The notes below the pieces were generated by a model. That model did no database searches. It saw nothing but the letters and a program-made list of their open reading frames with translations, and had not been told where the DNA came from. Source: Mytilus trossulus (lineage: Eukaryota). From it: a stretch of DNA of 64,000 nt. Position numbers and translations under genes: made by a program. The stretch spans positions 79,608,001 through 79,672,000 of the forward strand of contig NC_086381.1 in assembly GCF_036588685.1 (NCBI RefSeq). Direction: 5' to 3'. Positions 51,701-64,000 of the stretch are shown here, piece by piece. The first letter of the stretch is position 1. Every line of letters begins with the position of its first letter.

Positions 51701-53974
51701 GATCAACTTAAAAACAGTGTCACATAATTCTCAAAAACACGGGTGTATTATTTTTAGAGTGCTTCGTTCTATGTTTTGCTTATTATTATGACATGACATA
51801 TATCATTGAAAAATCCAATGTTCTATCGTCCTGATATCTACGTTAACAATCTTAACGTAAAAACTGACAAAAGAGGGTTACATATACAGATAGGTTATAA
51901 CGGTACTACTGCACACACAAGTATATAAGTCAATCGTATAAGATGTCGTTTATTCTTTTACCTCATTGTTATCGTACACTTTTTTACACATATATATGGG
52001 CATGTTTGGCATATCTCTTAGACTAACAACTAATTGGCTGACAACACAATAATGACTGTAGTCGACTAAATACATACAGGGCCTTGTTCTACACGTATAA
52101 TTTTCAGTTATAGAATAGTATTATCAAGTTGAACAAGTATTCTTTTGTAAATTAACACAAACCGGTTACAGGTTCAACGACTCATGGAATTAAAAAAAAA
52201 TAGAGCAGTTGAAAACAGGTAAAGATAAAACGACACCAATAAATTACAAAGATTTAAATCGCAGTTTTTAATGAGAAGCTTTTTTGTTAGAAACAGGAAT
52301 ACTGTGTGTTTACACGCAGTTATTTATTTTGTCGTATTAACGTCGCCAAATCAAAATACATATTAATTTTTATCTTTTAAACACAATTATCAATTATGTT
52401 ATGTCCACCCCCATTACAGATATATGTTTTGCCACGAAATACAGAAACAAAAACTTTCAATCACACACGAGATTAGTATGCACATTCCATTCTCAATTTT
52501 ACATAATTTATGTAATTTAAGAACACGGTCGTACAATATATTTAACATATTTGTTTTACTATAATTGCATTTTGTGTTTGTCTTTCCCTTGCGTTTAAGG
52601 TTTTTATATTAGAATTATAGACTCGAATAATTAGCATATCTGAATATCATGAATGATGTTTTCATAACCTCGATTTTTTTTCAAACAAACTTTAGATTAC
52701 ATCTTTCATGTTTTCAATGAAAAAAATAGATTTTTTTCAAGAATGAGAAAATATCAAACATCAATAATGCCTAATAATATACAGTATTTACTAATCATGC
52801 TAATGGAATAATACAATACATTATATAATTATACATACATGATGTCAATGGTACGCAGTGGGGTAATAAACATACAAAAAACAAGATTTTTACTTCCATT
52901 TTCATCGTACTATTTCAACCTCAATCAACCGGCTTTTATATCAACAGAATAGGGTTTCTAGTAACATGATAACATAATTGATTGCTATTCAACGAAAGAC
53001 ATCGTACTAAAGTAAATTTTTTGAAACCAGTTTTCGGCTTCACAATTGATTATTATCTCATTGCTGCTCGTTCAGTCGGAAAGCTAAATCAATTTTGTAT
53101 AAATATAGACACGGAAACTTGTAGTTGAAATCGTTCTGTATTACAATGTCTTTTGTTCTGTTGGTCAATTACTCCTTTCGCGTAACATAAAATGTCTTAA
53201 TTGCTTGTTTTCATTTTACGAAAAGACAGAATGTCCTCATATCTAATAACATGTAAATATTTTTGGATATGTCAGAGACAAATTCAAGATATCTTGGATA
53301 GTTCAATATACTTATAAACTTCAAAATACTGTCACACGAATCTCTAATAAACGTGAAATAAAGAAGAAAAACGACGTTCTATGTCATTGTCTTCAAAACA
53401 AAGATAAGTTCTGACGTGTTTGTTTGTATTTTTCGAGACCCCGGGTCTGTCATACGCTATATTATGTTTGCAAACGTTTACTGACAACTATATAAAGCCA
53501 ATAACTGCTAAGAAAACAATCATATATCTGAGACTAAATTATGTTAACTTTTACGTATTTGTTTAAAAATAAAATTTGGCTAAATTTTTCTTTGTCATAT
53601 AACAAATTAAACTTAATTTCGACAATAATTATATCAGTGATCCAAAATACGACAGAAACAAAGCTAACAGCAACATATAATCTTCTATGTATTTAAAGAA
53701 CAAAGAATGTATTGGAGATTTAGACGAAAACAAACATAAACTTATTCGAAAATGACCATTTTTGATGTAATCGAATTGTAATTTTCTAGATGGCTTTAAT
53801 TGGCCTTTAATTTATTTTTGGTTTCAAGTTTTGGTGTTCGTGTACAATGAAGAGAAAAAAATGCTTACATTATATGATTCATTGATTCACTTTATTTTGG
53901 TAGGCAATTTTTTTTTTTTTTTTTTGGGGGGGGAAGCAGGGGAGAGGGGAAGGGCTTTTCAAATACCATGATAT

Positions 53975-54800
53975 TTTTTAAAAGAAAATGTGGTTTAACT
54001 GCAAATAAGACAGCTCGCCACAAGAGACCAAATGATACGGAATTTATCAATAATAGGTCACATATGGCCTTCAACAATGAGCAAATCCCATACCACAAAG
54101 TCACCTATAAAAGGCTCCTAAATAACAAATGTAAAACAAATCATACGAGAAAACTTAATGCCTAATGTTTGTACTTAAATGAACGAAAACAAATATGTAA
54201 CACATCAACAAACAACAGCCACTGAATTACAGGCGAAGTTAAACATTTAAGAAGGATCTGAACCCTCTCCCTAACCGGAGACAGTGGTGTAACATTTCAA
54301 CATAAGAACGAATCAGTTGAAAAAGGCCATACTCATCAGATGGATACAAATAGAAATATTCACAGAGTGGATGTGACTGGGTACGTATATCCCATCAAAT
54401 AAAAGACACTACGTACATATCTAAGAGTACTCGCAGTTACTGACAGCTAGTTCAAATCCACTAACAACTAATACAACAATCATTTATCTAAGACTACATT
54501 ATCAATCCGTGCACATCCAACATCCAATGGATTTAGTGTAAAGATGTCATAAACAGTAAGGAAAAAATCATGACCTTGTAAGATCCAAACATACAGGTAT
54601 AGACAGAGTGTAGATCCATGAATGTGTATATGTATACAACAAAAAAATTTAGTTTGCTTTTAATTTACTTATAGCAAAATCAATAGCAATACCAACAAAA
54701 TTAAAACAATATTCAATGATCTAATTATAGTGTTGAATCGGTAAACTTTTATAGTAAGTGTATTTTAAGGATCGATAAGTTCACAGGGATCGTTTCTATA
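53975..54800 (-). repeat. Interspersed repeat family D, long diverged copy
   Basis: First ~330 bp collinear with 48928-49270; the right boundary is uncertain. Confidence 0.7.
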
Positions 54801-57800
54801 TTTCCGGGCACTGTAAACACGTTTCTGTAAAAATGAGGGTGTGCTATACCGTTTGAAATACGTTTTCTACAGGTAAATCGAATTGGTGGAACGTAATTAA
54901 ATATCTATATCTCGTAGAAATGAACGAAAGAGGAGTTGGTTTTATTGGCAACTCGAATAATGTTGTCTCACTGGTGTGCTCATCTTCAAGTGCTAGTGTT
55001 TCAACATGTGTAACTCATATGCAATATTCTGTGATGAAGTCTTGCTCAAATAATATATTGTTAAATATATATATATATACATTTATTCATTTAAAGTACA
55101 ATACTGAGCATGTACACCAGGTACAAAAGAAGATCATTAAAAGACAACATTATCAATTAACCATCCCGAAAATGGATTAACAAACTCTTAGTAGTAGTTA
55201 TTGATTGTCTTTAAGATAAAAAATGATATACACATAAGGTTTATTTTAAATACAATTGCTCAAGACCGCTCGAAGAGGCCAACATGAGTACAGGTACCTG
55301 ATTTTTAATATTATTAAGAATACACCTTAAATATAAAACGCGAAAAGACTCCATACACATACGTATGTAATAGGTTAATTGAAAATAAAGACATTACAAC
55401 AAACGAAACACGATATATGTTAAGTACTGGTTTGCCATATCTCATGGTTTTACCGTCGTATTTTCACATCGATTTAAGAAAACAGTTGAAATACATATGA
55501 CGCGGGTTTGTTTTCACTAAAGATCTGTCAAACATTGAAATAAAAAAAATATGCCATAGTTTATCTTTGATATTCATTAGTGGGATGCTGTTAAATTGAC
55601 AGTTTTCCATTGTCGTTCGAATCAGAAAATAACAATTTGCTTGTAGTTTTAAGACATTTATGTAAATCATCCTTGTTTTATTACCAATGTTGGTTTTACT
55701 GAATGTAAGAAGATCCATATTTAATAAAAAAACATCCTTGATTGTCTATGCACGCGGTGTGAATGCAAACAACATTACAGTACAATATGCCATACTTTTT
55801 ATACTTATTTGTTCTTTACTACAACATGTTTCCCTGTTTCGGATTAAAGTTCTCATGGTTATTGTCCAACAGTGGTTATGAACAACGCCTCTTAATAATT
55901 GTATTTGATAATGACAAATCGTCACGAATCATTTTATATGTGCATTGTATTTTTTGTTTGCATTCACACATAAATAGCAAGGACGTTTTTTGAAACATGA
56001 TATTTTACATGAGTGTTTTTAACCTACAAGCATTTTTTTTCTAAAAACAAACATGGATGCCACCATCAATTTAAAACCTCACAATTTTATATCAATAACA
56101 AACAAATTAAGTTATACGTAACAATAATGGTGTATTTTATTACAAGATTGGTGTCAAATATCGATGCTGTTGATAACAACTTAGTTGCTTTAATGCGTTG
56201 TTTAAAATCAAATTAAAGTAATCTAACTTTTTTGGATAAAAAAGTACTAGTACTTTAGTCATGTCATTGATTTTATAATTTCTTGTTTGCTGTAGTTTGT
56301 CATGTTAAAAATAATTTGTTTGCATGTGTCGGTTGTTGGTTGCTTATGTCGTTTGTTACTTTGTTTCTGTATAATGCCTTAAATGTATATGGTTTATGTT
56401 AATTTCTTAGTTTCAGAATTTCATGCTTGAGTGTTTCTGTTTACACAGAAGTTTGAACCAAAGATTTAATTGTTTAGTATGATGTATTCTACTGCGGGTT
56501 TGGATTGGTTTAACATAATATAAAATAATAAACAAAACCATGGATTGAACAAAATGATCAAATTAAATTATTAATAATGGGATTATATCAAAATATATAG
56601 AGAAATAACGAATACATGGATGCTCCTTAATCATTCTATTACGTCTAGCTTATACTTGGTGATGAGTAAGACGTTATGACATTTCAAGCGGTTGTTCTGA
56701 AAATCGTTTATAATCCAATTATTGTAAATGTCGTATTCCAATGAAACATATATGCTAAATTAACTATTTCGACATATGTTCACATTATTTCAATAAGAAC
56801 TGTACTCATGTGGTCAAGTGGAAAATAGAGTATACTACTGTAGCACGTTGAACACAGTGCTTACATTCAGCAATCAAAATTTGTAACTTTATTATCGCAA
56901 GTGGGTAATCATAGTGATCACAGGAATGCTGTTTTATATATTGAATAGAAAATGTAAAAGGGAAACATGTCAAAGCCACATTAACCCGACAAAAGAGAGC
57001 CAAATGGTACAAATTGGTCTTCATCATAGCACGGGCTTCAGATGGCCTCTAAGCAGTAATGCAAACTTGTTTATCAAAATGGACGCCCTAATTAACATCG
57101 GTACGTACAAACGATCATACTAACAACACGAAACACATACACAAACACAGAACAACCAAAGGATGGAGGTTTCTGTTTTGGAAAGGTGCGAAATGAGGTT
57201 AGTTAAACATGTTTTGTGATGGCAAAACCTTCTACATCCAGCAAGCGGGGAAGAAGAAAAAAATATGTTACACGACATTTTTTCTTATCTAAATTTGTTG
57301 CATTAAATAGAGCTATCACTCAAATAATTTGAACTGAAAGATAACGTGTCGATGTTTATGATCCGGTTATATATGCATATGAGTGTTCGCATGTATAAGT
57401 TTACATGAGCTACATTAAAAAAATCGTGAATAACATGATCTGTAAAATTCCTTATATGAACTCTTTAATATACCACGTTGAAATGTTTTTAAAAGGTTAA
57501 CTTAGTATAATAAAACATCATCACAATGAAATAACATTCTAAAATGTCCTTGACAATTAAATACCTTCTTATTTTTAATAAACATTTTTTTATTTTAATT
57601 CAGTAAAACTCTCTTAACGTTTGAAAGATTTACTTCCTGTCGGTATAGACTACTAAAAAACGTTTTATCATGGATATTTTATGGAACAAAATGAGTAGTT
57701 TGACACAATTCTTCCTTATTTTGACTACAAGTGGGACGATTTTCAGTAATAAATGAGAACGTTATAGGTCAATATGGTTAAATGTGTTCGCTTGCCGAAT

Positions 57801-59553
57801 CAAATGTCACACGGTTCATTTAAGCTTTGGATTAAAAATATTTTGGTCACGAGCATCACTGAACAGTAAATTATATGCCAGCTACATTGTATGCTGGCAC
57901 TTATGGTAGAAGCATCGTTTTGGGACAAAGAACGATACCTCTTTCTAGACGACCCATCTGAAAAGTTTCGTCACTCTCGTTAAATCTCGTACGATTATTT
58001 TTTTTTAATGGCGGCCGAATTTAGCGATCTTGAAAAAACGGGACAGATCGGAACAAATTCGATCTTAAATACGACATTAATTTTTATTTGTTTGACGAAA
58101 CAAGAATTCAGAAATAGAAATGTTGGTAACTTGTGTGGCTTATTTAAATTTAATGGTACCACGGACGTTAGGACAACAACATCTGACACCATGTTTCGTC
58201 AGCTTCAACATTCCATTATCAGTGAGGTTAAAACAAATTACCTAAATAATCACAGGTACTTAATTTAAAAGTAACAAAATCATAGTAAACGATTACATAT
58301 TTAGCGTAAAAGTTCCGTCCAGGCAGAAAAAACTTCTGCAGGCAATACATTTCGGATTTTTTTGTTATGGCCATGCGGCATGCGGGATAAACTCCGGTGT
58401 TCTGTACAAGGAATATGCAATACATCGAATACGTTTTGTAAACTAGGAAATAATAATTGCAGAAAACCATCAACCAAACCCCTTAGCACATTTAAATACA
58501 TATGATCTCCATAAACTATCACATATCACATTTTAAGGACTTACTAGTAGAACATTGAAGTTTTGAATGAATGCAAAGGGATGTTACCATGACATTGGAT
58601 ATACAAACTAGAGTTGTACGGCACTATTTGTTTTTCTATCAATTAAAGACTATAACATGAATAATTGCCTTCTTCATAATATGCTTATATTTACGTACCA
58701 TTATAATACTTGATTAAGACATGCATTGTAATTTACATGATCATAATATCATAACAAAACCCGGACTTTTGTATGACAAAGCAGTATTCCACTTTAGCTT
58801 ATCAAGCGATGATATGTAATTGATTAAAATTGCATTATTTAGCCTATATAATGTCGTGTTCACGCTGCTTTAATTCTAACGATCTAAAGTATATGACAGG
58901 TATGGGTATACAATAGAGAGCAGAAGAATTTATGAAGTATTTCAATACTCTTCATATAATTATGAAAATCAGATGTTAAATATTAAATTATTTAACTTGT
59001 CAGGTCTTTCATTTTACAGAAATAATCAATTATGTTGGAGGCTCATATTTTGAAATATGACACTTCCCCGTCGGATTCGACTAACAATTGTCGCCTGACA
59101 AAATAAAACATGTTGTTAACTGTCTCATCAATTAAAATAAAATGACACGAAGAAAACACATCTAAATATATTCCGTTGTAGAATAAACCTTGACTGATTC
59201 AAATATCGTAAACAAATAATCATATTGCATATTTTGGGGTACCGAATGAATTGCAATATCATTGATATATTATAAATTCAATATTATTAAGGATTTTTTT
59301 TGGGGATAAACCTTTTTCATGTTCAAGTATATGTCGACACAATTAACTCATAATTATAATTACAATTTGAAATTGTAGAAGTAAATATATTTTACACACA
59401 CATTCGACACCACTACTTGCATATAAATAAACACAATGCAATGCATGTATGTCTTTTGATTATTCATGATCACCTTTCAATAATGTTATACATCGTTCCC
59501 TACACTGCATGGTATGTCTTCTCTTCATTAACATTTAACAACTGAGTGCTATT

Positions 59554-59812
59554 TTTTACGACATTTAAAAGAAATTCGGTTAAATCAAGGATCGGATTTC
59601 GCAAGTTTCACTGAATGTGTATTTAGATAACATTCTCACCTACTACAGTGGTTATTATTCACTATGTATTCATCTTGATAATAAAACATTTTACGACATT
59701 TAAAAGAAATTCGATTAAGTCAAGGATCGGATTTTGCAAGTTTCACTGTATGTGTATTTATATAACATTCTCATCTACGACCTGGTTATGTATTCATCTT
59801 GATAATAAAACA
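59554..59812 (+). repeat. Tandem duplication, ~135-bp unit, 2 copies
   Basis: ttttacgacatttaaaagaaattcg at 59554 and 59689; the second copy has a small deletion. Confidence 0.92.
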
Positions 59813-60758
59813 GTCTCGTATAATGTTTGTAAACGAGACGATGTAATAGGCCCGATATACCTTTTTGTACAGTTATCAACGGTTTACTATTTTGTTATTA
59901 TATTTAAATGCATGTACTATGATAAGTCAGTATGATCGATGTGAGGGTCATCAGTATTTAGATGTCGAAAAAATATATTACTGTAGTTATTTTTAAAGTA
60001 TAAGATCTGTCTATGAAACACAATAGATTAAATTCGAGTCAGAATAATATCGTCGTTCACACATGATGTAAACCTACATACATGAAATGTCAAGTTATTT
60101 CATTTCTGATCGAAATTTAGAATGAATGAAACATGCAAATGGAACGAATAAGACAAGTAACGAAAACGAAAAGGGGAAGTGTTGGGTGGTTCAATAGATG
60201 TATTCTTGTTCAAAATTCAAAGACAAATAAATGAAACAGAAATAACGCCTAACAAATCAGATCAAAACAAACCGATACAAACTTATCACGTAATGTTTTA
60301 TCTTGATTTCAAATGTCAAGCCCTTTTGGTTAATGTTTTAAACCATAAATGTCTGGTTGTGTGTCCGCGCGCTGATTCAGTAACTTATGTCATTATCATC
60401 GTCGTGAAATTAAAATATATGTTTTGACCTTTTTTTAAATTCCATCATTTTTTGTAAACATTCAAAATATTATCTCTAGTTGCAACACTCTTTATTCTCG
60501 TTACCTATACATGTTTGCGTTATTTATTTGTTATAAACGATTTCCTCCCAAAAAGATAGAAACACCTGGGGGGACTTTTACAAAACATTGTAAGACTTCA
60601 CTGGAAGTTCTACTTTGTAAAGTCGTAAGTTTATAAGCACCTATTAAAAGAAGTACATGTAATTATATCCATTTGATATTTACATTCAAGATTCCTTAAT
60701 ATAAAACAGGTTGTATGATTGATAATGAGACAATAATACAGTACACAAGAATACTTAC

Positions 60759-60819
60759 ACGATGTCAATTTTTGGCAATGCAGTAAAACACACAAACACA
60801 ACACAATTTGTACTTCCAT
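60759..60819 (-). CDS. Probable first coding exon (signal peptide) of the YWTD beta-propeller gene
   Basis: ATG followed by MEVQIVLCLCVLLHCQKLTS (hydrophobic core), then T|GTAAGT strong donor. Phase 1 joins the 31343 acceptor in frame (T+CT=Ser). The link implies a ~29.4 kb intron and is inferred, not proven. Confidence 0.55.
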
Positions 60820-63800
60820 TTAAATCAGAGCTAGGCTTGTATCATCCTTTAGTTGATTGAATATGTAAACTTAAATCTTCAGGTCTTAATATAAACGAAT
60901 GAATGTGTTTAGTTAAGCGAATCTTCATCATGGGTGTACTTTTACCGGCATATTACGTATCACTGGGATATTATATGTACACACAGCGTATTAAGGACCT
61001 TATTGACACGTACGCAATCCTGCAAAAAAAAGATTAAACAAGATTAGTATTGGGGAAGAGAAGATATTAATTAATTACTTCATGATTTAATTTCCAATAT
61101 CTGTAATACCAACTGTATTATTGTAATCTCCTTTTTAGCGACACACACTATTGTTGTAGGCAAATAACTGCTACTGTTTTGGGGAACTACGTTTTTTATA
61201 TCATGCTTAATATTCAAAACTTGGACATACCAGATGTTAAGTCATTTCCTCCATTTTACAAAAGCATGCTTAACTAGTTGTTCCTAAAAAAAATAGTAGT
61301 TTCACTACAACAAGCTAGTCATCTTGTTACAATATATCTGTCTGAAAAGACTCAAATTATATCAGTGTTTATAACATGTTTGGCATCTTTGAAACGATTT
61401 TCTTTTTTGTTAAAAACTGCTGAAAAATGTAAACATGGACAAGCTAAAATGATGACTTTCTTTCAGTTGATTGTTGATTTAAGCTTAACATATATAGTTT
61501 GAGAGATCAGGATCAGAGAAGACTGTTAAGCAGACTACGATTGCTCATTAAGGATTATTTATTGTCGTGATATACTCCAGACTTGGTACAGGCATTTTCT
61601 TATGTGAGAAATGGTGGCTTAAACATTGCTTTATTGCTAGCTTAACCTCTGACTTGCAAGAGAGTCGCATGAAATTATGTCCTATTGACAACGATGTTTG
61701 AACAAAACAAACAGACATAATAGATAAAGATATAAAAAAATGCGGGTACAGCAGTCCAAATTGTCTTATAATCTTAATTCCTATAAAAAGAAATAAACGT
61801 GTTAACATAGAAAAATAAAAAGGCATTATATAAAAGGCATATTAGCAAAAAAAGGCAGACAAAAATACATTAATAACATTATTACGGAATGACAGGGTAT
61901 ACTAGTACCGCACCACGTCAAATGAAAACTACCAAAAAATAGCATAAACAGTAAAAGTAATACTTTGCAAAGACGAATAAAAGAATACGATAACACACTA
62001 TTCAGATAATAAACCACGTCAGTTGATAGTTTGAGAAAATCTTGAGCAAATTAATCTTCGGACATTTGAAGTAACTGTGTTAGTTTCCCTTATAACAGAT
62101 TGTTTGAAGTCATTCCTGGTGGCACTGTTAATCGACTCAGGATATCATCAAATAAGAAATCCGGGTATTTGTACTGAAGTGATTATTAATAACTCTCTCG
62201 TTAAATTATCCGTCGATGAATTGTCGATATTAACAAAAAAACAGAAGTTTGTGTATCTGTATAGACAACAGTAGCCTGACCTTTGTATCTACAATGTCAA
62301 GGATGTACATTATCTTTTTACTTTCATTACTCATCAAAAACAATACTTTTCTCCTTTTATTATAGATCCCCTAGATTCAGAATCCTTTTGGTAATATTTG
62401 GCTTTTTAAAATTGGCACACGCTAACATGTATGTACGTTTATAATGGTAAGGACAGGAATAGACATGCATACATTCCGAATGGAAAGGAAGGCGCTTCCT
62501 GATCTATAACAGGTTTTCCTTTATCTTATTGTTTGGCTGATACACAGATAACTTATGTAATAATTAAAATAGATAAGTTTCAAATTCAGGCAAAGTAGAC
62601 CTTCGATGATCCGTTGGGGGCACTGTTTGAAATTGAAGCTCGTAAACCTACTCCTCATCTTAATTGTTGATCGAAGTAGATTACTGAAAGCTTCCGGGCT
62701 AAAACATACTAGTGCTATGTTCATTGAGTACACATGGATTGATACCACTGCTGATGAACTGTCACAAATAATAGGCATTTCATACCATAACAAATTCAGA
62801 CTACCCATTTTATACCATCATAAAAACCATTGCGAATCATAAAAATTTCATACCATGACCAGTTCGTACCATATGGAAGTTTTAATTGTTTACCGTTTCG
62901 TTCCTTATTGGATATGTTTACAAAATAGTTCCATAGTATGCTTTTTGTATATATTTATAGGTCAGTACTGAATACGAGTTTTTTTTATGTTAAATTGCCT
63001 ACCATTCGATAGAATTTGCTTACAGAAAACTGCATGATTTGAGTTGAGGAAAGAACCTGAATTTCGTTCAAATTTTGTATATCCTGTTACTTTGTCTATT
63101 GATTGCACGTAATAACTATATGAATGGTTTATACTTCACATGTTGTTTTATTAATTCATTCCATTAAGCTGTTTTACCTTCGTGTTTGTCGAAAAACACT
63201 ACATGCACTACGTCAGTTCTTAATCTGGAAGTTCAACAGTTTAAACTAAACTAGTTTTAAATAGGCGTTTGAAAGTCAATTAAGAGTTGCCTCCAATTCA
63301 GACATAAAAGTTAGACTTTTTGAAGTACTTGGAAATGTAACAATTGATACGGACAGCAGATTAAATGAATGTTTTGTTTAATATGTTTTGCAATAATTAT
63401 GTGAGAATGCTTTTCATAGATTTTTTCTACTAGCTTGTTTACTTTTTATGAACATTCCAAGTCTCTGTAAATATAAGCAGATAATTACAAAAGATCGACG
63501 GAAGTACAGTTACAAACAAACATGCGCCTATTTAAACGGCCTGATCTAGATACAACGCATGTAAGTATACAGAATAACTCGCCTTCCGTCATCTATTGTT
63601 TCTGCTGTCGTTCTTTTAATACACATTTGTTCATCTCTATAATGATATTATTTGGGAGTTGCATGGTAGAAAAAAACGTCTACTTTACTTAATTTGGCAT
63701 TGTTTCACTTTTCAACGATTGCTATAAGAGACAACTAAGTTAACGTTATCTCAAAAAACGACTGTACAAGTATTCTTTTTTTTAGTTAAAATCATGCGTA

Positions 63801-64000
63801 TATAGAAATAGATTATGCTTGATTAACATATATTACATTTTCAATGGTCATAACACCTGCACATTTCATGACAAAGCTATTTTTCACCTCGGCTTCTCAA
63901 GCGATAATATTTCATTGATTCTAAACTCACATTATTTAAATTATACAGTGTCATATTCAAGCCTTTTGACATCTTAAGATCAAGTTTCGATGATAAGTTC

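Noticed and set aside
54320-54345. CTGATGA on the minus strand as a hammerhead core
   Set aside because: No GAAA or stem III/I arrangement follows.
1-64000. Remaining 60-100 aa ORFs; tRNA/rRNA genes
   Set aside because: The ORFs have low-complexity AT-driven composition with no recognisable motifs; I recognised no tRNA or rRNA by eye (no scan was run).

Overview
AT-rich, intron- and repeat-rich eukaryotic DNA. The repeat content points to a bivalve, probably a Mytilus-type mussel; this is inferred, not proven. There is one assembly gap (28834-28969). The only credible host gene is on the minus strand: four phase-compatible exons (31343-23192) encode an LDL-receptor class B/YWTD-type beta-propeller. 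A probable signal-peptide exon at 60759-60819 would make it a small (~274-282 aa) secreted stand-alone propeller. Diverged paralogous blocks and an orphan pseudo-exon (8324-8556) suggest a decaying tandem array of this gene. The rest is transposon debris: a Gypsy gag/protease relic, two kinds of Penelope-like elements (one with GIY-YIG, inverted pseudo-LTR and hammerhead; one ending in the RT thumb), ~355-bp hammerhead retrozyme-like repeats, Helentron-type non-autonomous elements, Kolobok-, Harbinger- and Tc1-like elements, a foldback element, and an L1/Tx1-like LINE fragment. Two observations stand out. (1) A covarying three-way-junction motif with a family-specific palindrome is shared by five different repeat families, including the Penelope-like 3' UTR. 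(2) A second, opposite-polarity hammerhead relic lies inside the retrozyme unit. All alignments and pairings were done by eye, and repeat boundaries are approximate unless TSDs are quoted.
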